DNA of 63,088 nt, counting the filler, from Hyphochytrium catenoides (Eukaryota > Protista > Hyphochytriomycota): NCBI GenBank assembly GCA_900088475.1. It is 16 parts of 16 records of this genome, joined end to end, with 100 filler letters (N's around TTAATTAATTAA, not from the genome) between each part and the next. Parts side by side here need not be neighbours in the genome. Positions count along the whole stretch, not along the records: positions 13,903 to 24,962 come from FLMG01004408.1; positions 25,063 to 28,564 come from FLMG01004070.1; positions 28,665 to 29,870 come from FLMG01001538.1; 13 more parts are not named here. One strand, given 5' to 3'. Shown in pieces: positions 15,978 through 29,435 of this stretch; position 1 is the first letter of the stretch, and every line of letters starts with the position of its first letter. Made by a program: the position numbers and the translations under genes. The notes under the pieces were generated by a model. It made no database searches. It saw only the letters and a program-made list of their open reading frames with translations, and was not told where the DNA came from.

Positions 15978-17427
15978 CCTTCTCTGTCTCAACTCTCTTC
16001 CCATCGCTTGGCCTCCTAATCGTGATGATGATGGTGCGGCTTTTTGAGCCTCAAGACCACTACTTCTCTCTCTCTCTCTCTCTCTCTCNNNNNNNNNNNN
16101 NNNNNNNNNNNNNNNNNNNNNNNNNNNNNNNCTCTCTCTCTCTTCTCTCTCTTTCTTTCTTTCTTTTCTCTCTCTCTGTCTCCCCCTCTCGCCCCCTCTG
16201 TCTCGTTCTCTCTTCCACCGCTTGGCCTCCTACTAGGCATGATGATGATGGTGAAGCTGTCAGCACGGGAAAGAAAAAAGCTGCCTCGTCATCAAATAAA
16301 CTTAGAAGTAATGACGGATCATCTAGCAGTAAAAAAGACGGCGATGCCGGTGCAAGGTGGCAGCTGCTGATGAATGGAAAAGCAGACGATGACGCAGGAA
16401 AAAACGAGCCTGATCCCCCGCTTCAATCTAGGCGCCAGCTGCTCTGCTAAGGGCTTCGTCTGAGTCTCGCTGCGCGCTCGTCATCATCAACAGGCAGGCA
16501 GTCGCCCGCGATGGCAGCAGCAGGAGGATGACTCTTGCTAGACGTCGTCATCGGTGGCGCAGCACTGCTATTAAAAAGCTCGATAATCTTCAAAATAAGA
16601 GCTCTATTGCCGCTCCTTGAGATGACTGATAACATAGAGAATGAAAGACCTCAGGAGATAAAGAGAGAGAGAGAGGAACAGCTCCTCCGCCAGCTCGCCG
16701 GGAAGATCCTTAAGCTCTGTATCATCTTTCACTTTGTCTGGCTTGACGGCTGGCTGGCGGCAGAATGAACTCTTGATGATGAGCCTGCAGCCCGAGGATC
16801 AGCTTCTTCCATCGAAAGGTTAGAAGACTATGGGCTTAGCGGCTCTTACAAGGTCAATGTATGGGCTATCATCGCTGACTGCCAGTCCTGCTGCAGGCGC
16901 CTGCTGTCTCTCCCACGCCTGGTTCCGATAATTACCATGATCTGAAGGCTCCCTTCAGCTGAAGATGATCAGGCGCACAGCAGAGAGAGACTGGCAGCAA
17001 GCGGCAGGCACGGCACGGCACGGCACGGCAAGGCACACATCCTCTACCTTTGGCCCGCCGCTGCCTGCTTTCAACTCAGCTCATCACCTTCTGACGATGC
17101 ATAAGCCCAAGCGATACTGACTTTCTAAGCAGCAGCACCGCCGTCTCGATGCCTTTCTCTTCTTCTTCTTCTTCTCAATACGACGTCTAAGCCTCGAAGC
17201 CAGAGATTCTGCCTCTCTTCTTCGACTGTTGGGACAGTAGAAGAGACTGTTTACCCTGAAGCTAAAGAACGCTCAGACCAGGATGTTGACTTGTCTCCCT
17301 CACAGGAGAAGGAGGTTTGAAAAAGATGAGAGACAGTGTCTCTTGCTGGCGAGCTATGGAGACCAAGATTCTTCATGCCTGCCAAGCGTCTGAACCTGCT
17401 CATTATGTGAGCTAGTGTGAATTTTTA

Positions 17428-17760
17428 AATAGAGAAGGAGGAGAGAGAAGAGAGAGACGAAGAGAGAACGAGAGAGAAGAGAAACGAGGAGAGAAGGAGA
17501 GAGAAGAGAGACGAAAGGGAGAAGGAGAGAGAAGAGAGACGCAAGGGAGAAGGATAGAGAAGAGAGACGCAGGAAGAAGGAGAGAGAAGAGAGACGAAGG
17601 GAGAAGGAGAGAGAAGAGAGATGGAGAAGGAGAGAGAAGAGAGACGACGAAGGGAGAAGGATAGAGAAGAGAGATGAAAGGAGAAGGAGAGAAAAGAGAG
17701 ACGCAAGGGAGAAGGAGAGAGAAGAGAGACGAAGGGAGAAGGATTGAGAAGAGAAAGGAA
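17428..17760. repeat. Purine-rich minisatellite, unit about GAGAGAAGAGAGACGAAGGGAGAAG
   Basis: About 11 degenerate tandem units visible. Confidence 0.8.
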
Positions 17761-18582
17761 GGGGAACAGCAGAGAATAGGGCAGGGAAGAAGAGACAAAA
17801 GAAAGAGATGTTGGGACTGGACGTCGATGGTTCTGCCCTGTGCTCTGGAGGCAGGAGCTACGCTCTCCTTGTGAGCAGCCTGCTGCTGGACAGATCTGTA
17901 CTATCATTCACAACGGGCAGCGGAGCTCATGCGCTGAGCCTTCTTCCTTGGCAGCTCCGCATTGGCAGTCACAGGAGATCTGCTGCTCTGTCCAAGATAG
18001 AGCTCCAACGAAGGAACAAGGATGCAGGGCCAAGGGAGAAGGACATGCGGCTGAGAGGAGAAAAGAAATAAGGAGAGAAAGAAAGGAACTTTCTTAGCAG
18101 CGGTTGTTGCCCCTTCTTCTCTCTTCTCCTTTCTTCCTCTCCTCTGTCTCGCAGCTCTTCCTACGATTGACGATAGATAAATAAAGATTTCTTCATAATA
18201 AGGTGCAGATTTCAGCTGAAATCTGCGAATTAATCTGCAGATTCTTCGGGAGAAGCGCCCTGAGCTCCTCCCACGGAGACGCCTGCGCTCGTTATTGGAA
18301 GATGAACTCAGAAGAAGGAGAGAGATAAGAGCACCCCTAAGAGAGAAGAGACAAAGAGAAACAGAGAGAGAGAGAGAGGAGAAACAGAGAGAGGAAGAGA
18401 GAGAAAGAGAGAGAGAGAGAGATATGAAGGGGAAGAGGGAGGGCAAGGAGGAGGGGAGATAAAGACAGAGAAGACAGAGAAAGATAGAGTAACTTCGTAC
18501 TTTTCATAAAGACGAAAGGACAATCGGGACTGAAAGAAAACGGCGAAGTGTTGGCTGACACTATTTATGGAGATAGACAGGT

Positions 18583-18620
<38 letters not shown>

Positions 18621-18925
18621 GAGGAAGAGAGATGGAGAAGAGAGAGAAGAGTCAAGAGCTGAAGAGACAGTAGTCAGGTGGCCGAGCAGACAATTTCAAA
18701 AAAGACGGAGAAGAGAGACTGGACGACGTCAGCAAACCAGCCATGAGTAAGCGACCTGACGTGGAAGAAGGAGGAGATGAGGGGAGAGGAAAAGAGGAAG
18801 AAGACATAGGGGGATCAAATGAAGACGAGAGACAGAGTAAGCGGAAAAGAAGGGGGTAGGGAGAGNNNNNNNNNNNNNNNNAGAGAGAGAGAGAGAGAGG
18901 GAGAGAGAGAGAGAGGGAGAGAAAA

Positions 18926-18957
<32 letters not shown>

Positions 18958-20095
18958 GAGGATGATGGAAGAGAACCAAAATCTTGGACCCAACAAACTT
19001 CCATGTAACCCCCATGATTATTCAGAACCCTAACACTTTTATCTCAACAAATTAAGGAATAATGGCATATGAAATGCTTGATAAGAAGTGAAAGCGGGTC
19101 CTAAAAGTTGGCTCCTGGGTGACTCGGTTCCTCCTCCATCCCTCCTCTTCGCTCTCTCTCTCTTTCTCTCTGTTTCCCTCTCTCTCGTTTTCTCTCTATT
19201 CCTCTCTCTCTTTCTCTCTCTCTCTCCCTGCCCCTTTCTCTCTCTTTCTCTTTTTCTAACTCTCGTTCTCTTCCTCTCTCTCGTTCTCTTTCTCTCTCTC
19301 TTCCATTTATAACCTCCACTCTTCTCTCTCCGGCTGCTTTTTCTTCTCTGGCTGTCTGTCAACATTTGCGGTCGTTCTATCGAACGGTTGTTCGGACCTC
19401 TGCTTCTCTCCTTGCGGCCCTCGCTCTGTCTCTTGTCTTTCTCATAGAGTTGACCTTGCACAGTAATATCTCATCCTCGCATCCTGGCGCTTACCATCTC
19501 TTTCGTCAGCTTCTGCCTCTTTCTCCTGCTGCTGCCCTCGTGCCCGGTGTCTGAGATTGTTGTTGCTCGCGCTCTCTCTCCTTGGGTTTGACTATAATCA
19601 AGAGAGAGAGAGAGAGACGGAGTGAGAGAGAGAGAGTGAGAGAGAGAGAAGAGAAGCAGCTCTTTTCCATTTCATAAAAAGAGATCGAACATGACAAGAT
19701 GACGCGTAGTCGGAGATCATAGAGGAAGAGAGACAGAAGAAGGAGAGGGAGAGCAGGAGAAAGAAAGTGAAGTGCCGGCGAAGCAATCGCAACGCCTGAA
19801 AGCTCCGCGGTGTGTGGGGGGAGAGGAAGGGCGGGATGATAAGCCTCTATATGTGCTAGCTCTTTTCTCTTTCTCTCTCTCTCTCTCTTTCTCCCTCTCT
19901 CTCTCTCTTTCGTTGAAAGGAGAAAGAGGCCACCACAACTCTCTGCAGTCCAGAAACAACTTTGACCTTATATTCTCTTTCTCTCTCTTCTTCTCTCTTC
20001 TTTTTTCTCTCTCTCTCTCTCTCTTCTTTTTGCCCTCTCTCTCCTTCTCTCCCCGCTTCCCTCAGATTGGCTTTTATGTGGCAGGAAAGAGAACC

Positions 20096-22531
20096 ATGAA
20101 GAACTCCAAGGGGTCGCCAGCCCGCCTATCTTCAGAAGAGAGCGAGAGAGAGACGGAATCTGGCGCTCTCTCTGGTCCCTCTTCCTCTCCCTTGCCTCCC
20201 ACATCCTCCTCTCCTGAGGACCACGCTCTAGTTTCTTCCGAGAGAAAGAAGAGTTGCGCATCATCTCTCATCGTCTCTCCCTCTCTCTCTCTCTCTCCCG
20301 CATCCACATCACAGAGGACGCTTCAGAAGCCGAGTAAAGGCAAAGACTCAGCTTCCATTCTCCCTCTCTCTCCTCTTCTCTCCTCCTCCCACAGAGAAGC
20401 AGAAAGACCGCTCGTGGCAATAGAAAAGAGAGAAGAAGAAGAAGTTTTCTTCGAGGTGGTTCCTGTCCTTTCTCCCCCTGAGACGAACTTTAACCGCGAC
20501 AGCGTGCTTGCAAGAGTAGCAGGCTGGCGCGCCTGGAGCATCTATTGCCGCTTTGTCTGGAGACATAAGACAGTCTTTTGGCTACTCTTTCTCGTTCACT
20601 TCGTCGGTGTCTTCTTGCTGGCTCTCATCGTGGGCTTTCTCTCGAAAGAGACAGGTGTCCAGCTCTCTTTCCTTCCTCTACTGCTCATGCTTCCTTCCTC
20701 TCTTCACCAGGCACTCTTTCTGAACTCTCAGCTGCTCTACCACGCCATCCAGCCCTTCCAATTTTGGTTCATCCTGGCCTCAGAGACAGCGCTGTACACC
20801 AGCATGGCCGTCTCTTTCCAAGATCTACGTGCTCTTGTCCTCTTTCCTGGCTGGGTTGCTCTCAAGCTAACAACCTTTAGCGACGCCATCCATCCCGCGC
20901 TTCAGTCTGCGCTGCCCATGGGCGTGCTCTTGGGCGTGGTGGCGCACAGCTTGGGCCTTGTCGCCATCGTTGGCGGCTATGTAGACGAAGCTTATGATAT
21001 AACCTGGACCTTTGGCGCGCAAGAGCTGTCCAGCGCTGATCTGCAGGCTCAAGCAGCAGCCTCCATTGTAACCTTTAGCGCTGCCATCGGCGTTGTGCAG
21101 AGCTATCACAGGCTTGACAAGCGGTCCAGGGGCCGTGTGGCGAACTGTGTGAACATCCCTTGGCCGCTTACCTGCAGAGAAAAGAGCCCTGCTTCCTCTT
21201 CTCCTCCTCTTTCTAACCCAGAAGCGCTAGTAGATCAAGCTGCTAAGCCTGCTTCGAGCCGTCTTTCTTCTTCTGGCCAGGTGCTCCCTGTCATCAATGC
21301 ATCCCCACCAGGATCCTCAGATCGCCGACAAGGTTCAGAAGAGAGGCCAAAGAAGAGCTGGGAGGATCGTGAGGCTATCATTAAGACCGAAGTGCGGCTG
21401 TTTCAAGGATCCGAGAGCATCAACGACAGCGCTGTCCTCCTACGATGGCTCATCTCTTCTCCGGCAGCTCTGAAGGCTCTCACTCGCGTCCCAGGTTGGA
21501 TGCTGAACAGCCTTCTTTTCTTAGGATTCTCTCTTTCTACACTCGCCATGTACCTTCTCTCTTCCGCTCCACAGCGTCACACGAGCGGGGGATCAGGAAG
21601 TGCTGGCGAAAAGGAAGAGGAAGCAGCTCCAGAGGACCTGACTACTAGAGGTCAGCCTTCAGGAACAGAGTACGCGGCAGGCTGTGCCAGCGCTGTTGTC
21701 GGTCTTCTCTGTATCTCTCTGTGGAGTTTGTACGTGCTTTCTATGTACAATGTGACTCTGTTGCGTGAGGTGTACAAGTCGATCGAGGTCCTGTTCCTGA
21801 CGCTGCAGTCCAGCATCTTGTCTCTCTGTCTCTTCGATGTCTTCGGGTACGATGCACGCTGCGCCTGCGTGGTTGCCTTTTTGATCATCTTCCAGGTGAG
21901 CCGTGGTTCTCTTCTCTTTCCTCTCCCACGAAGCCTCTTTTCCTTTCTCTCTCTTATAGTTCTGTCTGCTACCGAGGACTCACACACATTCTCCTCTCTC
22001 TCTCTCTTTGTGTCCACAGGTCTGTGTGGCTGGGGACGCGCTGCTTCCCTCTGTCTCGAGGAGGGCTGGCGTGAACAAGCGGACTGTGGGGCTGGTGGTG
22101 CTGCTTTTGGCCGCGCTGCACAGCTTCTTCCTCTATCAGGTCTACTTCGACCGCATACAAGTCCGATCGACAGTGCTGTTTGAACTATTGCCTGGACAGC
22201 CGGAAGACGTTGATGAAGACGGAGGTAGTGATGATGGCAGTATGTTGAAGAAGGAGGAGGAAAAGAGCGAGGCTTGGATTCGTGGTGATGCGCTTGGTCT
22301 CCGTGTAAGCGTGGGATCCTTGTGAGAACTGTCCCTCTGGCGCTGAGCCGTCAGGCGTCTCTCATCTTCTTCTCTCTTCCGATCATCTTTGACTTCTGTC
22401 TCAAGCCGAAGGAGCTGCATTTTATCACGGGAATGTTGACCTACCGCAAGGCTCCTAACAGGAGAACAGCGCCAGCAGCGCCGGCCGGCGCCGGATGTGC
22501 GCGTACAAAGAGTGAAGCCCGCCATGGATGA
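20096..22531 (+). CDS. Multipass membrane protein of unknown function with two homologous TM modules; join(20096..21895,22020..22531) with an apparent 1-bp frameshift near 22320
   Basis: Long ORF with many hydrophobic segments; intron CAG|GTGAG at 21896 to CACAG at 22019. Module 1 (SQLLYHAIQPFQFWFIL...QDLRAL...FSDA) parallels module 2 (NVTLLREVYKSIEVLFL...YDARCA...AGDA). Resembles, from memory, an expanded uncharacterised oomycete TM family. Confidence 0.75.
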
Positions 22532-23787
22532 TGTGAGGCGCAGGGCGATTGCAGAGAACAGGCGAGCAGCAACGCAAGAAAGGGGCAACGTTTGAGAATG
22601 TGGAGAGAGAGAGAGAAGGATGCAGAAGAGGAGAGGTCATTCTCGGTGCTCTGACAGAGCTTGCGCCGACGAAGAGCTAGTGATGTTACAGAGAAGCAAA
22701 AGCAAGGGCAGAGTGAGCGAGACGGGAAGAGGGAGGACGGCAACTGAGATAGGGAGAGGACAGAAAGCTTGTAAAAGTGAGAGAAGAGACAGTCAGCCAC
22801 AGAGAGAGCGAGAGCGAGAGCGAGAGCGCGAGAGAGCGAGAGAGAGAGAGAGCGAGAGAGAGAGCGNNNNNNNNNNNNNNNNNNNNNNNNNNNNNNNNNN
22901 NNNNNNNNNNNNNNNNNNNNNNNNNNNNNNNNNNTACCCATATTTGGAGGTGCTCACAGAGTAACGCTTATATTACCTTTATTGGCATCTGTACACTATA
23001 TGGATGAATAAAGGTTAACATGGTTAATCATTATCTCCTACTACCGTTAGGCCCACAAACGAGGTCTTTAAGTCTCTCACCAGACCATGTCAATGATAAC
23101 ATTCAAATTGTCCCTAGGAGGATCAGTTCTGCTTAAAGGACTCGGGAGTAAGAGGTTGAGACAGGCGATGGAGCGCAGCGAGGGCCCATCCTCGCCGTTA
23201 CAAGAAAAAGGGCCTTCTCCTGAGGGTGCGGAGTAGTTTTAGGCAGAAGGCTTCACTTCTGTCCCGTAGTGCTTGTGCTTGGAGGAATAGGCTTGGATCT
23301 GCAGATCAAGTTTGTAAGAGGGCCGTTGGAGAAAAGGCCGCGTTTATTTATTGACAAGAGTAGTCAGCTTTTTTTCCCTAAGGTGACATAAGAATATTTT
23401 GGAAATAGTCTATCTTAAAATACCTCAATGAGAAGGTCTCCTACCAGCCTATACATAAGTTCTCCATTGAGGAGACAAAGTGAAAGAGGGCTTTTTCCTC
23501 ATGATGGCTTGACTTTTTGAGAGGTCTGTGGATAGAAAAAGGAGGCAACTCGATCTTTTTTGCTTCTTGAATTAGATTTTGTACTGTTTCGCACCATGTA
23601 CAACGGTAGTAGAGCACCCTTCTAGGAGAGCGAGACAGAGCAGCCACATAGAGAGACAGAGGGGAGGTGAGCCTAGTGATATTGGGAGAGACAACGGAAG
23701 GGACATATGATGATAGATTAGAGAGATGCGACAGATGACGAAGAGGCACCCCGAGCTTCACGTAACGGAGGCTGAGACGGCCGCAGC

Positions 23788-23840
<53 letters not shown>

Positions 23841-24449
23841 NNNNNNNNNNNNNNNNNGGAGAGGGAGGGAGAGAGGGAGAGAGTGGGAGAGAATGGGAGA
23901 GAGAGGGAGAGAGAGGGAGGAAAGAGAAAGAGAAAGAGAGAGACGGTGAGAGAGAGGGCGAGAGAGAGGGCGAGAGCGAGAGCGAGAGCGAGATAGATAG
24001 ATAGAGGGAGAGAGGGCTCGTCGACACAGGAGAGAAGACGAAGCTCCACAACGGAAGGAGATAGGACCACCGCGCGCCAACATGGAGAAATGTGGCAAAG
24101 GCGGTTCAGCCCAACTCCAAAGAACATTCGAGAAGACTTAGCACATCATAATGACCACCTTTGTTCCCATCTCTCTCTCTCTTTCTCTTTTCTTCTCTTT
24201 CTCTTTCTCTTATTCTCCTCCTCTTTCTCTCTCTCATTGTCTTGTCTTCTCTCCTTTTTTCTCACTCTCTCTTTCTTTGTTTCTCTCTTCGGTTTCTCTT
24301 TTCTCCCTTTCCCTTCCTGTTATCTCTTTCCATCTCATTCTCCTTCCATATCTCCTCTGTTCCTACGCGTCTCTCGGTCACTCCTTCTGTCTGTCTCTCT
24401 TCATACTCCTCTGCACTCTCTCATACTCTTTCTGCCAACAACAACATCC

Positions 24450-24504
<55 letters not shown>

Positions 24505-24694
24505 ACAGCCAACTCCCTGTTCCCTTCCTTTGGTCCTCCTCCTCCGTCCTCTGACGATGCTCTTTCTTTCCCACTGAGCGCCTGACATCAGGAAAGGAGG
24601 TAGCAGACGCTTCCAGAGGAGGGAAGGAACTCTCGTGGGCAACTCACAAAACAATTTTCCTTGTTGGAAGCGTCAGCAGGCTCAACGGCACCGA

Positions 24695-24727
<33 letters not shown>

Positions 24728-24918
24728 TCTCCCTCATCGTGTGCTTTACGCGGATGCTCTGCCCTTCTCCTAGCAGCACGAACAAAAGAAGAAATGCTCT
24801 CTATTCAAAGACGCTAGTAGGAGAGCTTGCTTCATCTCTGTCTCCCTCCGCTCAAGGTAAGATTCCTTGTTCTTTGAATGGCCCTGATAGTGATTCTTCT
24901 CTCCCTCTCTCTCTCTCC

Positions 24919-24960
<42 letters not shown>

Positions 24961-25189
24961 TCNNNNNNNNNNNNNNNNNNNNNNNNNNNNNNNNNNNNNN
25001 NNNNNNTTAATTAATTAANNNNNNNNNNNNNNNNNNNNNNNNNNNNNNNNNNNNNNNNNNNNCAACCCCCAATATTAATTCAAAGTGCTCACCATCAAAT
25101 AGTAAAATCTAACAAGAAGCTGGGACGAGCAAAACTCTTGAGGGCAAACCAGACCGATCTCATCACTCAGCAGTCAAATAACTCTCAAT

Positions 25190-26190
25190 CATTGCGAGCC
25201 CGAAGGGTGAGCCTCAATTTCAACCCACAGGAGCTTCAGCACAAATGGACTTTTTCGTGTTTCGTGTGTCTGTGTGTGTGTGTCTGTGTGTGTTTGTGAT
25301 CAAAATTTCACTATTTGGATTTTTACTAATCACTGTTTGGGCTTTTTCTTTGGGTTTGAATCATTGTTTGTGTACTTTGGAGATAAAAAAAGGGGTCAGA
25401 GGAGGAGCGAAAGGGTTTCTATGAACATAAATCGGATTTGTAACGCGAGACGTATCACTATAAACCACACATCGCGTGCTTCTACGCGAATTTGTGTTGT
25501 AACCTCATATTACCTGAGACGCATCACCTACAATCCTGTTTTTTAGCTGTAGGAGCTGAGGGTGAAGGTGACATGTCACGCGACTCTTGCAGCATTCGGA
25601 GAGTTGAGAAAGTTTCGCTGAATGTTTCGCCACTTACTCACTCACTCACACTCACTCACTACTCTGCTGTAGGAAGCGTGGATGAAGGAGTAGAGAGATC
25701 CCTTAAAAGTGTGCCTACCTCCTCTAGGAAATACTACAGATAGAACTAGTTCTCGAGTTCTAAAACAATGTAGCAGGAATGGAGAGCTCCTGGTGTTACT
25801 TGTACAACTACGTCAGTGATCCAAGCATCTTCCACTAATAATGCAGCCGAAGGCTGGATTACGCACTAGTAACGTCGGGCGAGCCCTAGGCGAAGCCTAA
25901 AGCTATTGATATATCACTACCCAGCCCTTTGTTATACGTTTCATCTAGATTGCACTCCTACCGAAGCTTCAGGAGGCATTGCCACCCAGCTCTGTAAACT
26001 CATCAGATGATGCGGGAAGCTGGGACAGGCAAAAATCTTGAGAGGAAACCAGACCGACGTCATCATTCATTCAAATCTAATACATCAATACCCAGCCCCA
26101 GTCCCTTTGTTGGTACCGTCTCATCTAGACTATTTTACTCTACAGAAGGCTTCAGGCATTGCCATCCAGCTCTGCAAATTCATCACATTC
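25190..26190. repeat. Mosaic of dispersed repeats and LTR fragments
   Basis: Shares sequence with 12049-12860; two degenerate copies (about 25915-26005 and 26040-26185) of the LTR segment CATCTAGATTG...GAAGCTTCAGGCATTGCCACCCAGCT. Confidence 0.8.
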
Positions 26191-26690
26191 GAGGAGTCTG
26201 AATTGCGGGGAGGTGTTGAGAGCTGAAGCTGAAAGCTCTGAAAAAGCTCTCAATTTCAGCCTCTACCTTACAAGAGGGAGAAGACACAAAAAAATGTCTC
26301 AGAGTTATAATACTAAGCTATTATCACAAGGTAAGTCATCATGGGAAGTGAAGAAACAACAACTGTGTCTTGTAGATAATACAAGACACAGCTACTAAGT
26401 GGAATAAATAGACAAGGTGATAACTAGGAAGACAGGGTCCCAGAAGCTCTCCATACTCATTCTGACCATATTAGTTGACCACGTAAGCTAAAGACGAGTG
26501 TTTTAAAACGCCCATATTTTTAACAGAAGCTCAACTTGAAGTTGAATCCATTTAGAGGCACCTTGAAGTTGATTAATTTCTGGCTGAGGGTTGAATGTTC
26601 TTCCGAGTCCTAGTCCGGATCAGGATCTTGAAACTTGATCTTGACGTTAGCTGGGTCTTGTCCGGGTTGAAGTGGTTGTCAAGGCAAGCA

Positions 26691-26701
26691 GGCCCATAAC
26701 C
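26691..26701 (-). other. Copia-type primer-binding site GGTTATGGGCC directly after an LTR-like ...TACA end
   Basis: Minus strand reads TCTACA-GGTTATGGGCC, matching the internal (half) initiator-Met tRNA PBS used by Drosophila copia. Confidence 0.55.
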
Positions 26702-27789
26702 TGTAGAATGTATGGGGATTCGGAGACATTTTATTGAAGGTTCCTCCCCGGCTTATAAACCAGATGGGTAGTCTCTAGCTCGTTGGACCCTATTGACTTA
26801 AAATCCTCGGCACTACTAAGCACTATTCTTAAGGAAAGGGAGTAGCTGTTCTCCCATAGGTATAAGCCGTATTAAAATTAGAGCTCCACTTCCTCCTTCA
26901 TATCTCGGGCCCCTTGGAGTTTGGGACTGTAACTTAATCTGTTGGACAGCTGGTCTGGTACATCTTAGTCCTATAAAGTACGATTCAGATAGTCCATACT
27001 TCAACAGATATGAAGGGAAAATGGGGCTCTAATGCTAGCTATGGCGGCTTATGCCTATGGCAGAACGCTGCTTCCTATTAGGAGTAGAACACAGTGCTTT
27101 CGGGATTCTAGACCTATAAAGTTCCACAGCTAGAGTACCCCCTCTGGCTTATAAGCCAACGTGCAACCTATAATGAGATTGTCTCCGAATTCTACACTTA
27201 CCTCGTGGACCATTACACCAAACGCAATTACGAACTGATCTCGTTTTTGCTTCATGTATCAGGAGTGTTCCCCCTGTGTGCCGTAAAACTGATACTTTAG
27301 TTCAAGCGTCGGTCACAAATCAAGAGGTAACTGAGAGTATCTTCAATCAACCCCACATTTTACAATAAATATATTCGTACAACAAGCTAATACCTACAGA
27401 TTGGCAAATAGCTACATCGTTTTATCCCAATGCAGGCTCATTCGGTCTTCGAATTGTTATAATACGGGGTTTGGGGACTGAGTCGTCAGTGGGGCTCAAC
27501 CTACATACTGAGTGTGGTAACCACAAGCTGGTGTTAATTTTGTGAATGACTGTCCCGGAGAATCGACATCTACCCATATCATTGAGTGCTTGTCACTTAG
27601 GAGCGTTTTTAGAAAGATTCTAGTGGTCGCTCTTTTCATTTGGTGGAAGTAACTGTAGGCCGGAGTACCATGCCCCATTCAGTTTCCACAAGTAGCTCTA
27701 AGTAACATCCTTTTGTCTGTAACTCTCAATAATCCAACAGTTTTGTCCTCTGAGTTTGAAACTGAGCCTGATGCTTTCATTATGCTGTG

Positions 27790-28460
27790 AATGGACGCTG
27801 GAATCAAAGTGTTAAGCTTGCGACGCACATGCAGAAGACCCCTGGAATATGAGGTTGAACTGTGATCGACGCTGGAACCAAAAGTTGGCCCAGGGGACGG
27901 CGCTGAAGGACCGACCGCGGTATAATAACCCAGGGAGACTAGTTCAAGACCGCGTTTGGTGTAATGATGCACGCGGCAGTGCGGTCAACCTCAAAACTAG
28001 AAGATGGGGTTTGAGTCGGTCCGCCTGAACACACAAAAACTCTTAAGTATATTCAGCCATCTCCAACTCATAAAATCTGACCCTATAAAGCATCAAAGAG
28101 ATCAGTCCAAGTGTTGCTGCGTAATGGTCCACGACGCGGGAAGGGCCTCAACCTCAAACCTAGAGAACCGGTTCGATTTCCCTTGAAACTTACAACACAA
28201 ATGTTTAAGCCAAAGGATTCAATATTGGTGTACATTCCTGGGGAATTGGGACAGTATCAAGTCATTGGATTCTTCCGTGACCACGTAGAATGGCCATCAC
28301 ATCGTTATTTCGGATCTAGAGTCTACACAATTCTGTAGGTTCTGGTGAATTGAACAGCGATGGACCTTGTTGGAATCAAAGTTTAAGGGGATGAATGTGC
28401 GTTTGGTCCAATGGTACACGCGGTAAGGCGGTGCCTCTAAATAACTAGAGGACTTAGCTC
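27790..28460. repeat. Degenerate internally repeated region
   Basis: Recurring GTAATGNTNCACGCGG...CTCAAANCTAGA and TGAAC...CGCTGGAANCAAAG motifs; the latter also occurs at about 13765-13795. Confidence 0.5.
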
Positions 28461-28899
28461 AGTATCGGAAGTGTTATAATGTATGGATTTGAAGACACTC
28501 TTATTTAGGTTATGTGGTGTACTGATATACTCGAAGTGAGTATGAAGAGCTTATGGGACCCTGTNNNNNNNNNNNNNNNNNNNNNNNNNNNNNNNNNNNN
28601 NNNNNNNNTTAATTAATTAANNNNNNNNNNNNNNNNNNNNNNNNNNNNNNNNNNNNNNNNNNNNAACTGTGAGCCTTTTAGAGCTCTTGTCAGCTTCTGC
28701 TCTCAACACCTTCTTCCTCTTGTCAGATAGAGTCTGGAACTGTGAGCCTTTTAGAGCTCTTGTCAACTTCTGCTCTCAACACCTCCCCGCAGGTCCAGAC
28801 TTCCTGAGTGTCCGTTGGCCTCCGCCTTGTCCTCCCCGGAAAGTGGACTTTGTCTTACGACGGATGTGGACGGGACAATCCCGAGTTGCGGAAGAAGTT

Positions 28900-29240
28900 C
28901 TCGGAACTGAGGTGCTGGTTCACCTGGTCTCTAACCACACAGTGTTTGACATCAATATATTTCGATTTTGGTCTCGGCATTTCGCACACTGTTATTGTGC
29001 TCTTGTTGTCTTGATGTGCGAGGATGGGTCTACTCAGTGGATACTGAAGCTCCTGTAAGAAATAAGAGATGTGTTCTGCATGTTTGGTTCCGTTCCACAG
29101 TGAGATGCACTCAGCTTCAGTGGTTGAAAAAGCCACTATGTCTTGCTTCTTAGCCTTCCAACTGAAAGCACCAGTCCCCAGTGTAAGAAAGTAGCCTGAA
29201 ACGGATTTCCTGTCCATAGGATCATTCGCCCAGTCTGTTT
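28900..29240 (-). pseudogene. Ty1/Copia RNase H fragment
   Basis: DWANDPMDRKSVSGY...SWKAKKQDIVAFSTTEAEC...QDNKSTI...SKYIDVKH. Confidence 0.9.
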
Positions 29241-29314
29241 CATTTTTTATCATTGGATGGTGAGCACTTAAATTAATATGGGGGGTTGTCTGGATATACC
29301 GGAGAAAAGTTTTG

Positions 29315-29385
29315 TACAATCCATGATTCGAACCCAGGACCTCTGTCTGTGAAGCCGACACCCCAACCAGTATGCACCATACACC
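29315..29385 (-). mobile_element. tRNA-derived (Val-like) SINE head or tRNA pseudogene
   Basis: A-box-like TGGTGCATACTGG, stem TGTC...GACA around CTTCAC, then AGGTCCTGGGTTCGAATC (B box); acceptor stem does not pair. Confidence 0.4.
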
Positions 29386-29435
29386 TAAGGTACACTTGAC
29401 TAATCTCCCTTCTTGTTTTTGTACCAGGGGTTCTT

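Noticed and set aside
15945-16255. Duplicated segment either side of an N gap
   Set aside because: Probably a haplotype or assembly overlap, or a trivial local duplication.
18100-18780. Possible small spliced gene on the minus strand
   Set aside because: No consistent frame or recognisable motif could be built.
23441-23770. Possible minus-strand exon (YYRCTWCETVQNLIQEAKK...)
   Set aside because: Coding-like, but no family recognised and no start or splice structure resolved.
29335-29365. Selenocysteine tRNA (TCA in the loop)
   Set aside because: No long variable arm or paired acceptor stem.
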